A stretch of DNA of 64,000 nucleotides from Torpedo marmorata. Lineage: Eukaryota. The stretch's first letter is position 1; the number at the start of each line of letters is the position of its first letter. Below the pieces are notes generated by a model. It saw nothing but the letters and a program-made list of their open reading frames with translations. It was not told the origin of the DNA and ran no database searches. This document shows positions 12,036-23,860 of this stretch, piece after piece. The stretch covers positions 187,550,001 to 187,614,000 of the forward strand of contig OZ360220.1 in the NCBI GenBank assembly GCA_977017645.1, read 5' to 3'. The position numbers were made by a program, and so were the translations under genes.

Positions 12036-14075
12036 GATGAGGCTCCGGAGATCAGGACAGCTAGAAGGTGATCGCAAGAGGCTGAAGAACAGTTACAGGA
12101 CTTTCTCAAGTCAGCGGATTGGGTGGTGCTCAAAGACTCAGCTAAGGATCTGAATGATTACACCAGTGCTGTCACAGACTTTATCAAAACAGCTGTGGAC
12201 GAGTGTGTCCCCACCAAATCCTACAGGAGGAGCAGGTATGACCTTCGGAAAGCCATCTCCCGGGTGAAGTGGAGTTTCCAGACGAAAATGGAAACAATGA
12301 AGGATACCCGACAGCTGTGGCAGGGCCTAAATGACATAACGTGCTACAAAACCAAATCCGGTGCAGTAGGAGACGGCAAAGCTTCACTCCCTGATGAACA
12401 CAATGCCTCTATGCCCGATTCGACCATAAGAACAAGAAAGAACCATCACTGCACACTCCCATGTCCCCTGATGTTCCTTTTCTGTCCGTATCCGAGGATG
12501 ACGTGCGTGCTGCCTTCAGGAAAGCATCTGGTCCGGACGGAGTACCCAGCCAAGTATTAAAAATCTGTGCTGACCAACTTGCCAATCTTCAATATCTCGC
12601 TCCAGTAGGGCGTGGTACCCAGCTGTTTCAAACAGGCGTCAATTGTACCGGTGCCCAAGAAGAGTGTGGTAACCTGCCCAAATGGCTATTGACCAGTGGT
12701 ACTCATATCAACAGTAATGAAATGTTTTGAAAGGCTGGTGTTAAAGCATATCTGCTCCTGTCAGAGTGGCAACATGGATCCATTCCAATTCGCCTATCGT
12801 AGCAACAGGTCTACGGCGGATGCCATCTCACTGGCTCTGCACAAAGCCACGGAACACCTGGAAAGCAAAGATGCATATATCAGGATGCTCTATATCGACT
12901 ACAGTTCGGCATTTAACATCATCATCCCCTCAAAATTGATCAACAAAGTCCAAGACCTGGGACTCAACACCCCACAGTGTAATTGGATCCTGAATTTCCT
13001 CACCTCCAGACCATAACCAGGAAGGATTGGTAAGAAACATCTCCTCCACAATCTTCATCAGTATCGGAGCACAACAGAGCTGCGTTCTTAGCCCCCTGCA
13101 CCTACTCGCTATACACCTATGACTGTGTGGCTCAGTATGACAACAACACCATCTACAAATTTGCTGACGATACCTCAGTAGTGGGTTGTATAAAAAGAAG
13201 CAATAAGTCAGCATACAGGATGGAGATTGAAAACTTGGCAGAATAGTGCACCGACAATAACCTCGCACTCAATGTCACCAAAACCTAGGTGCTGATTGTT
13301 GACTTCAGGAAGGGAAATCCAGAGGTGTACAATCCAGTTATCATTGGGGGATCAGAGGTGGAGAGGATGAGCAAATTTAAGTTCTTGGGAGTCACTATCT
13401 CGGAGAATCTTTCCTGGACACAACACACAAATGGCATCATGAAGAAAGCACATCAGCGCCTCTACTACCTCAGGAGTTTTTGGAGGTTTGGTATGACATT
13501 GGAAACCCTAGCAAATTTCTACAGATGTGTGTGGAAGGTGTGCTGACCGGCTGCATCACAGTCTGGTATGGGGACACCAATACCCCTGAGCAAAAAGCCC
13601 TGCAAAAGCTAGTGGGCACAGCCCAGGACATCACAGGCAAAACCCTCCCCACTATCGAGAACATCTACAGGGAACGCTGCCAACGGAGAGCAGCAATCAT
13701 CAAGGATCCACATCACCCAGCACATACTCTGTTCTTGCTGCTGCCATCATGAAAGAGGTATAGGTGCTGCAAAACTCGCACCACCAGGTTCAGGAACAGC
13801 TGCCACCCTTCCACCATCAGTCTCCTCAACAGCAAACTCAAGCAGGAACTTATTTAAGGACACTTACTTTTGCACTTTATTGATTTTTTTCTTCTCTGTA
13901 TTGCAATTCAGTTTGTTTACATTTCTTTATTTGTTTACATGCGCAGGTTGAGTCAGGATTTTTTTTACACTGCCAATGAATGGTAATTCCGCCTCGCCCA
14001 CAGGAAAAAGAATCTCAGGGTTGTATGTGATGTCATATATGTACACTGACAATAAATCTGAAATCAAAATCTAAT
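12036..14075 (+). mobile_element. Rex1/Babar LINE, 5'-truncated and decayed
   Basis: [55 protein letters not shown]; tail gacaataaatctgaaatc. Confidence 0.9.
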
Positions 14076-15087
14076 CTAAATCCTTAGTGTTGGCCTAAAG
14101 ATACTAAGGAAGAAGTGAGGGAATTTATTTTACATAAAAGGCCATATCTGGAATTCACTGCCAAAGTGGATGATGGAAAAGGTTCTTTCAAAAATGAGTT
14201 GGATGGACTCATGAGAGACAATATTTGCAGGAACATGGAGAAAGAGAGTTGTAATGAGATTGGCAGACTTGCTCCACATAAGCCAGAACATGTTTAATGG
14301 GACAAAAAGATTACTTCTGTGCCATAACAATTTTATGATTCTGTGAATCTATGATTCTAACCTTGAATGACTGCTTGACCACCTCCTAAACATATGGGCT
14401 GGAACTTAGCTTGAAGATCCAAAGATCTAAAGAACCTTGGTTTAAGCTGGGAGTTGGTCTGATTGCAAAGTGAGGGTCTACTGAGGTTTGATGTGAAGAG
14501 AGTGACATGATTTATTGGGTAACAGTTAGCCTTGGAGAGAAACTCTGCTCCTTCTGCACCACACACACAATCTGAAAAGGCTCTCAACCTATGGATTCAG
14601 CCCTCTCACCTGTGGGTGACAATGTTGCCCTACAACCAAAGCAGCTAGCCTTATGGTAGTAATTAACTGTCCAACTTACGAGCCCATCAGCTGCTCCAGC
14701 CTCATACAGTCTATATTAAGAACAGAACAGACCCTTCAGCCCAGGTGTCTGCTCTGAACATGATGCTAAATTAATTCTGCCTGCACGTAACCCATGCCCC
14801 TCCATTCTCCGCATACTGATGCATCTATCTAAAAGCCTCTGGAACACCATCTTCTTCCACCACGAGCCCTGGCAGCCCATTTCAGACACCTCCCACTCAC
14901 TGTGTCAAACAACTTGCCCCACACATCTCCTTTCAACTTTCCACCTCTAACCTTAAATGCATGTCCTCCAGTATGTGACACTTTCACCATAGGAATACTG
15001 TTCTGTCAACCCTATCAATGCTTCTCATGTTTATATCTATCAGGTTACCCCTCAGCCTCCATCACTCCAGAGAAAATAACCCTTTAT

Positions 15088-15631
15088 AGGTGCAGAGTTC
15101 CTGGAAAATGCAAACTCAGGTGGATAAGGTGGTGAAGAAGGTGTTTGGCATGCTGGCTTTCATTGGATGGGATATCGAGTACAAAAGTTGGAAACTCATG
15201 ATTCAACTGTCCAAGGCATTAGTGAGGCCACACTTGGAGTACTGTGTGCAGTTCTGGTATCCCAGCCATTAGAAGGCCATCCATAAACTAGAAGAGGTGC
15301 ATAGGAGATTCATTAGGATGTTGTTGGGACTGGAGGGGTTGAGTTATAGAGAGAGGTTGGATGGGCTGGGTCTTTATTCCCTGGAGCAGAGGCAGATGCA
15401 CAGATGATCTTATAGAGGTTTATAAAATCATGGGCACTGATAAAGTGAATGCTCACAGTCTTTTTTCGCAGGGTAGTGGATTTGTAGAAATAGAGAGCAT
15501 AGATTTAGGGTGAGATGGGAAAGATTTAGGAGGGATTTAAGAGGCAATTTTTCACTCAGAGGGCGGTCGATATATATGGTATGAGTTGCCAGAGAAAACT
15601 GTGGAAGTAGGCACAATAACAATGTTCAAAA
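15088..15631 (+). mobile_element. CR1 LINE 3' part (continues at 17690-17820 after the L1)
   Basis: QVDKVVKKVFGMLAFI...[13 protein letters not shown]; the 3' tail ggcatggactagttgggc follows the L1. Confidence 0.85.
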
Positions 15632-17689
15632 CCTTTAGCTGAAATGATTAGAGAAGATATAAATATAATGGGAATAAAAGTTGGTAGGGAAGAACATAAG
15701 ATTAGTTTATTTGCAGATGATGTATTAATATATATGACGAAATCTGTTGCATCACTTCAACAATTGGCTACTATATTGACAGAATATGGTGAGATATCAG
15801 GATATAAAATTAATTCAGATAAAAGTGAGATTTTGGCTTTATCTCAAGGGGATTATACTAGATGTAAAGAAGTTATAGACTTTAAATGGACTACAGAGAG
15901 TATTAAATATTTGGGAGTTAAAGTTGATACAAAATTAGAAAATCTGTATAAATTAAATTATATACCTTTACTTATGAAAATAAAAAAAGATTTAGAACTT
16001 TGGAAAGATTTACCTATAACTTTGATGGGAAGAGTAAATTGTATCAAAACGAATGTTTTTCCAAGAATTCAATATCTTTTTCAATCGATTCCTTATGGTA
16101 TTCCAAATAAATTTTTTAAAGATTTAAAATTTATTGTTAGGAAATTTTTATGGAAAGGAAAGCTGGCAAGAGTAAGTATAGATAAATTAACATGGAATTA
16201 TGAGATGGGAGGGTTACAACTTCCCAATTTTCAGTATTATTATAAAGTAGCTCAATTAAAGTTTATTAATGAATATTTTGATTTAAATAAATCTTCTGCT
16301 TGGATTAATATAGAATTGAATAATATAGGAGAAATATATAAAGAAGATATTATTTATAAATGGAATTCTAAATTACTATTACTTAAAAAGAAAAATACAC
16401 CAATTATTAAACATCTGTTGGAAGTTTGGTCACAAGTAGATAAAGAGATAGGTCAAAAGGGATCAATTTCTTTAAATACACCAATATATCAAAATCCGCT
16501 TTTACCATTTTCTATTGATAATCAGTTACTTAAGTTATGGTTTCTAAAGGGAATTAAGACTTTAAAAGATTGTTTTGAAGCTGGTAGATTTATTACTTTT
16601 CAGAGGTTAAAAGAAAAATTTAATATATTAGATAATACAATGTTAGTCTATTTTCAAGTTAAAGCTTTTTTGACCGAGAGATTAGGGAATGAATTAATAA
16701 CACCAAGACAAAATGAATTGGAATTGTTAATTACTAAAGTTAATGTTAATAAGTTTATATCACAAATGTATAAATTGTTTCAAAGAAAGATGTCTAAAGT
16801 AGGAGCGCATAAGTCTAGATTAAAATGGGAATTAGATTTAAATGTTAATATAGATGAAAATCATTGGAGAAATTTATGTAAATTAAGTATGACTAAAGTT
16901 ATTAATGTGAGATATAGATTAGTACAATATAATTTTTTTCATCAACTATATTTAACACCTAAAAAACTGAAGAAATTCAATCCAGCGTTATCAGATATGT
17001 GTTTTAGATGTAAAACTGAAATAGGTTCTTTTGTACACTGTACATGGTCATGTCCAAAAATTCAAGATTTTTGGTTGAAAGTTAAGAATTTTTTAGAAAG
17101 AATTTTTAATGTTGAAGTTATAATGGATCCTATGTTATTTTTATTTGGAGATATTAAAAAATTTAGTATCAGAAATAGATTAAATATGTATCAAGTAGAA
17201 TTTTTACGTATAGTATTAGCAGTTTCGAAAAAGTGTATAGCTATTACTTGGAAATCGGATGTTGATTTAAATCTAGAGAGATGGCATGCAGAGTTACGGT
17301 CATGTATACCATTAGAAAAAATTACTTATAATTTACGAAATAAATATCATTCTTTTTTGAAAATTTGGGGCCCATATATGAGGATTATGGGTTTAACATT
17401 GTAAATTTTCTGGATATCAGATCCGCTGGCGAAATAACCTCTAAGGTATATTAGTTTTTAAGTTTATTGACTCCTCACTCTATTTTTCTATCTTTTCTTT
17501 TTCTTTTTCTTCTTTTCATTATTTTACTTTAAAATTTAGAATAGGGGGATATAGGGGCTAGGGAGGGGAGGGTGGGAAGGGGGGGAGAAAATGTAATCAC
17601 ATGTATTTTTTAAGAATTATATGCAAAATTATTTTATGTAATCTGTGATTTAAAAATTTAAATAAAATATTTTTTTTTAAAAATAAATA
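15632..17689 (+). mobile_element. 5'-truncated L1 with 17-bp TSD
   Basis: TSD aataacaatgttcaaaa at 15615-15631 and 17690-17706; ORF2 3' half; G-rich UTR; A tail. Confidence 0.95.
15644..17404 (+). CDS. L1 ORF2p C-terminal half, uninterrupted (586 aa; no promoter or N-terminus)
   Basis: LFADD, KYLGV, GGLQLPNF and CFRC...HCTWSC with no stops. Confidence 0.85.
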   Translation: MIREDINIMGIKVGREEHKISLFADDVLIYMTKSVASLQQLATILTEYGEISGYKINSDKSEILALSQGDYTRCKEVIDFKWTTESIKYLGVKVDTKLENLYKLNYIPLLMKIKKDLELWKDLPITLMGRVNCIKTNVFPRIQYLFQSIPYGIPNKFFKDLKFIVRKFLWKGKLARVSIDKLTWNYEMGGLQLPNFQYYYKVAQLKFINEYFDLNKSSAWINIELNNIGEIYKEDIIYKWNSKLLLLKKKNTPIIKHLLEVWSQVDKEIGQKGSISLNTPIYQNPLLPFSIDNQLLKLWFLKGIKTLKDCFEAGRFITFQRLKEKFNILDNTMLVYFQVKAFLTERLGNELITPRQNELELLITKVNVNKFISQMYKLFQRKMSKVGAHKSRLKWELDLNVNIDENHWRNLCKLSMTKVINVRYRLVQYNFFHQLYLTPKKLKKFNPALSDMCFRCKTEIGSFVHCTWSCPKIQDFWLKVKNFLERIFNVEVIMDPMLFLFGDIKKFSIRNRLNMYQVEFLRIVLAVSKKCIAITWKSDVDLNLERWHAELRSCIPLEKITYNLRNKYHSFLKIWGPYMRIMGLTL

Positions 17690-17769
17690 AATAACAATGT
17701 TCAAAATCGATTTGGACAGATTTATGAAACAGAATGGCTTGGAGGGATATAGAACATGTGTAGGCAAAT

Positions 17770-18317
17770 GGGATTAACCTAGGACACCATATTGGTTGGC
17801 ATGGACTAGTTGGGCTGAGTTTGTCCAACTGGGATTAACCCAGGACACCATATTGGTTGGCATGGACTAGTTGGGCCGAGTTTGTCCAACTGGGATTAAC
17901 CCAGGACACCATATTGGTTGGCATGGACTAGTTGGGCTGAGTTTGTCCAACTGGGATTAACCCAGGACACCATATTGGTTGGCATGGACTAGTTGGGCCG
18001 AGTTTGTCCAACTGGGATTAACCCAGGACACCATATTGGTTGGCATGGACTAGTTTGGCTGAGTTTGTCCAACTGGGATTAACCCAGGACACCATATTGG
18101 TTGGCATGGACTAGTTGGGCCGAGTTTGTCCAACTGGGATTAACCCAGGACACCATATTGGTTGGCATAGACTAGTTGGGCCGAGTTTGTCCAACTGGGA
18201 TTAACCCAGGACACCATATTACTTGGCATGGACTAGTTGGGCCGAGTTTGTCCAACTGGGATTAACCCAGGACACCATATTGGTTGGCATGGACTATTTG
18301 GGCCGAGTTTGTCCAAC
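17770..18317 (+). repeat. Minisatellite, 9 x 61 bp
   Basis: The unit gggattaacccaggacaccatattggttggcatggactagttgggccgagtttgtccaact is repeated head-to-tail with few substitutions and no spacers. Confidence 0.95.
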
Positions 18318-18540
18318 CTCTCCTTATAGCTCATATCGTCTCATCGAGGCAGCATCCTGATAACCCCTTCTGTACCATTTCCAAAGCCTCCACATTCTTC
18401 CAGTAATGTTCATCAAAAGATTCAGCACCACCTCTTTCTTGATCTCAAAATGCTCTAACTCATGAACATTCTGCCAAATGCTCTCACTATTCCTCCATGT
18501 CTTTCTCCTTGGTGAATACCAATGAAAAATACTCATTTAG

Positions 18541-18782
18541 GGTGGCACGGTTAGCATAGCAGTTAGTGCAACACTAATACAGGGCCAGCGAACTGTGATC
18601 GAATCCAGCGCTGTCTGTAAGGTGTTTGTACGTTCTCCCTGTGTCTGAATGGATTTTCCACAGATGCTCTGGTTTCCTCCCACCCTTCAAAATGTACGGC
18701 GGTTGTAGGTTGATTGGAATACTTGGGCAGCACGGGCTCATGGGCCGGAAGGGCCTCTACTATGCTGTACGTCTAATTTAAA
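18541..18782 (+). mobile_element. tRNA-derived SINE inserted in a minus-strand CR1 remnant
   Basis: Same family as 11686; TSD atttag at 18535-18540 and 18783-18788. Confidence 0.85.
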
Positions 18783-20339
18783 ATTTAGTACCTCGGCCTC
18801 TGACTCCAAGCATCAATTCCCTCTGTCTTTGAGTGATCCTATCCTCTCGCCAGTAATCCTTTTGTTTTTAATCCATGTGGATTCTCTTTAATCCTACACA
18901 TGAAAGATATTTCATGGCCTCTTTTAGCTTTCCTAATGGCTGCTTGAGCTCTTTCCTGTAAACTTTATATTCCACGAATTCTAAAAGCTGGAAGTAGGAT
19001 CGACCAAGACATGTTAAATTCCCTGTCCAAATCATTTGCATTTCATCTTGATTCCAAGCCTCAGCTTTGTAAGTTAAGAGACAGCCTGTGATGACATGTA
19101 GTAATCAACCGCACACTGTGTAACTCTCCTACGCACTCGCTTCTTTCACTACATTTTGTTCGACCTGCGCTGCATACTTTCTGTCCTTGACTAAACCCCC
19201 TTCTGTCATTGCTACATACTCTCGCTCATCCACAAATTTCCTAAACTTCCTCGAATTGTGTAACAATTTCAAACCATCCACAGCTCACTGAGCCCTTTAA
19301 CTGTCCAAGATCCATTAAACACTCCTTCCCATTTCCTCTTGTACATCCTTTCTCTATTCCCTTCATCTTCACAAACACATCAGAGCCTCCAGACAAAGGA
19401 GTCCAACTTCTGCAATCCCCTCCCTAAGCCTCTCCAGCAACGTCACCTCTTACGAACCTTCACAAATTCCTCTTCAAAGCATGGATCTTTGTCCCCTTCC
19501 CAGCATAGTGTTTAGTTTTCTTGCACATTTCTGTGAAGCACTTCACAATGTTAACATTAAACCTGTTATATTAATGCAAATGATCCCTTCAGGAAATGTC
19601 CTGTGTTGCAGAAAGAATGCTATAGCATATAATCAGAAAGATAATTAGTCAGAACGTCAGATCATGAGAACTGAATTTCCATGCAGCTTCCAAAATTATT
19701 GGGGTTATAGGGTTCATTCTAATTTTTTTATACATGTCTGTGTTTATAGAATAACAAACGTGAATATGGGCACAAAGCACAGGTTAAATCCTAATCTGTC
19801 AACACCATCCTAGTTCTTCAAACATATTTGCATTAAACAAACAGAGTCCAGTAAAAAAAATCCATTTTGCTCGATAAAGGCACCATGAAGAGGCAAACAA
19901 GCTGCAAACCATAAAACATTGGAAAGAACATTTTGTCACATACAAAATTAAGTAATTTTTAGTGTTTTTTTTACATCAGCCAATTTTATACTAATGGGAA
20001 TTTAAAGGATTTCTGGATTCACGTGGAGCTAACTGAGTAACTCATGGGTCTGTACACCACTGCAGGTTCAAGTTCAAATTCAAATTTATTGTCACATGTA
20101 ACAAGGTGTAGTGAGAAGATTTGTTTGCGATCAGTCCAACGAGACAGCCCATTTGTGGTGGAGCAAGTAAACCAAAGTCCAGACGTGCAGAGTTACAAGG
20201 AGAGATCAGTTAGAACAGAGCAAATGCAACATAAACACAACATGGTTTTATAAGAGATTTGTCTGACACAGAAGTTCTAGGAATATCTATTAAGTTCCCC
20301 TTTTGTGTACTTGGTCAACTGTAAGTGGCATGAAGATGC

Positions 20340-22030
20340 AAACACAAAACATTACAGGTGCTGGAATCTGGAGCAAAAAAACCAAACTGCTGGAGGTACT
20401 TGGCAGGTCAAGAAAAATCTGCAGGGGAAAGGAATTGTCGACATTTCCATTCGAGACCCTGCATCAAGGCTGAGAGTGGAGATGGAAGATAGCCAGTATA
20501 AAGAGGACAGGGGGAGAGGTGAGACAAGTGCCAGTAGATGATGAGGAGGAATAAAGATGGGTGGAGGTAAAGTTAAAGGTGGAGACGGTTGCAGGAGGGC
20601 AATAAGCAGGAACACAAAGGCTTCCAGTGGTGGAATCTGACCAGTATGGAAGGTTATAATGGGAACTATTAGGGGAGAGATGAAGAGCACATGGAAGCAG
20701 ATGGGGGAGTGTGTCCAGTGGGTGACTTATGTGGATTTTAGATGGATGGAACAAGGAGGGGAGAAGGATGAAAATGGGTTGGGGGGGGGGTATATAGGAA
20801 AGGAGACAAAAATGCGAGGACCAAAGCTGGAACAGGAGAGAGAGAGTGAGAGGAAAACACAAGCAGCAAGGGTTACTTGAAACAGGAAAATCCAATGTTC
20901 ATACTATTGGGTTGTAGACTACCCTGCCAGTTATAAGGTGCAGTTCTTCTGGTTTGTCTTTGGATTCGCCATGGCAGTGGAGAAGGCCAATAATGGATGT
21001 CAGTATGGGAATGGGAAGGGGGTGTTCAAATTCCATGCAACCAGGAGTTCAGGGTGGTCATTGCGGACAGAGCACAGGTACTTAGCAAGTCGGTCACCAA
21101 ATCTGTGCTTCATCTCACCGATGTAGAGGAGGCCACAACGGGAATATCAAATGCAGTGGATGAGGTTGAGGAGATGCGCGTGAACCTTTCTGTCACCTGG
21201 AAGGGTTGTTTCGGCCCCTGGATGGTAGTAAGGGTGGAGGTGTAAGAACAAGTGTTGCACCTACTGTGGTTGCAGGGGAAGTGCCAGGGGTCATGGAGGA
21301 GCAGGTGGGGAGGGATGAGAGGACCAGAGAGTCAAAGAGGGAGTGGTCCCTGCAGAAATCAGAAAGGAATAGAGAGTGGTGGAATCCAATTGCAGCTGGT
21401 GGAAATGACAAAGGACGATGTGCTGGATATGGAGGCTGGTAGAATGAAAGGTAAGGACCAGGGGAATTTGATCTGTGTTCCCTTGGATGGGGAGGTGGGA
21501 AGGGAGGGGTTAGAGTAGAAGTCCAAGAAATAGAGGAAATGCAAGAAAAGGCTTCATCAACCACAGTAGAAAAGAAACCACGTTTTCTGAAGAAAGACCA
21601 ATCTTTAATGGTTGGGATGAAAGGCCTCAACTTGGCAGCCGATGCAGCACAGACAGAGAAATTGGGAGAAAGGGAGAATTCTTACAAGAGACAGGGTGGC
21701 AAGAGGTGTAGTCTAGGTGGCCATGGGAGGCACAGTATTGACAGTAAATGTCAGTGGATAGTTTGTTTCCTGAGATGAAAATGGAAAGATTCAGAAAAGG
21801 GAGAGAGGTGTTGGAAATTATCCAAGTGAATCTGAGAGCAGAATGTACGTGAGTAGCAAAGGTAATAAATTTGACGAGTTCTGCACAGGTGCAGGAGGCA
21901 GCACTAATGCAGTCGTCGATGCAGCAGGGACTGGTGCTAGAGAAGGTTTGGAACATAGACTATTCCATGTGGCCAATGAAAAGTCAGGCATAGCGAGGAC
22001 CCATGCCTGTATCCATGGCTACACCTTTGC
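20340..22030 (-). mobile_element. Penelope-like element (RT + GIY-YIG), decayed
   Basis: Minus-strand CIDDCISAASC...FTWIISNTSLPFLNLSIFISGNKLSTDIY...HLDYTSCHP; pLTR sequence at 20340-20470. Confidence 0.85.
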
Positions 22031-22690
22031 TTTGTTGTATGAACTTGGGCACCTGCTAAAATAGGGGTTCAAGATGTAAGGAACAGATTAAAAAGAGAGC
22101 ACATTAGTGATGAGGCTGGATAAGAATCATGTATTCCTTCTTTGCTTTTCAGGAGATATTTCATAATTTTGTCATAACCCACACTGTTGCAGGGACAGGC
22201 AATGGGAATTTATCAACAGTGATGAGCTACCTGCAATACCAGGAAGGAAATATCAAAAGGGCAAAGTTTGCTGATGTAACAGGTCAGTCACAGAGTCCAT
22301 TGGCAGTGGGTCAGAGTGCATGTCCAGCGAACTGGTTCAGGCCATCTTTGGAACAAGGCGGTGATATAAAACAAAATTATCAAAACAGAATGCAGTCAAA
22401 TCGAGATTATTTGGAGGTAGAGTTGTTAACATTCCAGGATTGTCCTGGAGTCTTTGTGTATGGAAGAATTATCTCCAGATACAATTATTGGGATCTCAAA
22501 AGAAATCCCTTCAGAGTGCTGATAGAGATTTTGTTGTAAAGTATTGCATTTGGCAAAACAAATGCTTTGATTCATCAAGTTGTCAAGAAGACAGTTCACT
22601 GTCAACTTCCCAAGTGAAAAGTCAGACAGCACCAAGCTTGTCACTGATACCCACATTGCAAGAATAAATAAACAGTCCTTGGTAACAGAT

Positions 22691-23503
22691 AAAAAACACA
22701 AATGCTGGAGAAACTCAGCAGGTCAAACAGTGTCTTTTATGTATCAAAGGTAGAAATACATAACCGACGTTTCGGGCTTCAGCCCTTCATCAAAGTATGA
22801 GAAAATGCCGGCAGGTGTCCGAACAAAAGAGTGAGGGGGGAAGGGGGATGGCAAAGGCAGGAGATGATAGGTGGAGAAAGGAGGGAGGGGACAGCAGCAA
22901 AGAGGGGGAGGAGGGATGGCTGGGTGGGTATTTACTGCATCCGGAGATCGCTTTGCTGAGCACCTCCTCTCCGCCTGCAACAACAGCGACCTCCCAGTAG
23001 CCAGCCATTTCAATTCCGAGTCACACTCCCACACTCACATGTCTGTCCATGGCCTTATGTACTATCCCACCCAGACTACCCGCAAATTGGAGGAACAACA
23101 TCTCATTTTCCGTCTGGGCACTCTCTAGCCAGATGGCATTAACATTGACTTTTCTGCTTTCCACTAAACCTGCTTGTCTTTTCCTTCCCCTCCCCCCTCA
23201 CCTGTCCTTCCTGTTTTTTTCCACCCACCCAGCCATCCCTCCTCCCCCTCTTTGCTGCTGTCCCCTCCCTCCTTTCTCCACTTATCATCTCCTGCCTTTG
23301 CCACCCCCCCTTCCCCCCCTCACTCTTTTGATCGGACGCCTGCCGGCATTTTCTCATACTTTGATGAAGGGCTCAAGCCCGAAACGTCAGTTATGTATTT
23401 CTACCTTTGCTACATAAAAGACACTGTTTGACCTGCTGAGTTTCTCCAGCATTTGTGTTTTTTACTTCAACCACGGTGTCTACAGATTCTCGTGTTTTAC
23501 TTC
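22691..23503 (+). mobile_element. Penelope insertion with inverted 5' pLTR and 14-bp TSD
   Basis: TSD ccttggtaacagat at 22677-22690 and 23504-23517; GIY-YIG C-terminus DRFAEHL..DLPVASHFN..RKLEEQHLIFRLGTL; 22691-22930 is the reverse complement of about 23225-23463. Confidence 0.9.
23355..23395 (+). ncRNA. Minimal type I hammerhead ribozyme motif in Penelope pLTR
   Basis: catact-TTGATGA-a-gggct caa gccc-GAAAC-GTC-agttatg gives stem I, core, stem II, GAAA and a GUC cleavage triplet. A mirrored copy lies on the minus strand at about 22759-22799. Confidence 0.7.
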
Positions 23504-23654
23504 CCTTGGTAACAGATCACTTTCAATCCAGATGCAAAGCATTATTTCACAATGAGAAACCCAACTACAAAAGAAGTCTGATATTGTTACAACAGGTAGA
23601 TCTAAAAGTTGCCTTGATTCAGTAAAGAATATGAATAAGTTAGCAACACATGAG

Positions 23655-23860
23655 GGACTGAAGATGCTGGATACTGAAGCCAAAAGTCAACTGCTGGAGG
23701 AACTCAATGGGAGAAAAAGAATGGTCAACGTTTCGGGTCAGAACCCTCTGCACTCTCAGTCGTGATGAAGGGTTCTGACCCAAATCATTGACTATTCTTT
23801 TTCTCCCACTGATGCTGCTTGACCCGCTGAGTTGATCAAGCAGATTGTTTTTTTTCTGCA
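23655..23860. mobile_element. Short Penelope-derived inverted element
   Basis: ctgctggaggaactc...acgtttcgggtcagaaccc / gtgatgaagggttctgacccaaa...gacccgctgagtt. Confidence 0.6.

Noticed and set aside
17770-18317. CRISPR-like array
   Set aside because: The units are contiguous with no unique spacers, there are no cas genes, the context is eukaryotic, and the unit derives from CR1.
20352-21778. Cluster of overlapping short ORFs
   Set aside because: They come from purine/pyrimidine-skewed, decayed Penelope sequence.
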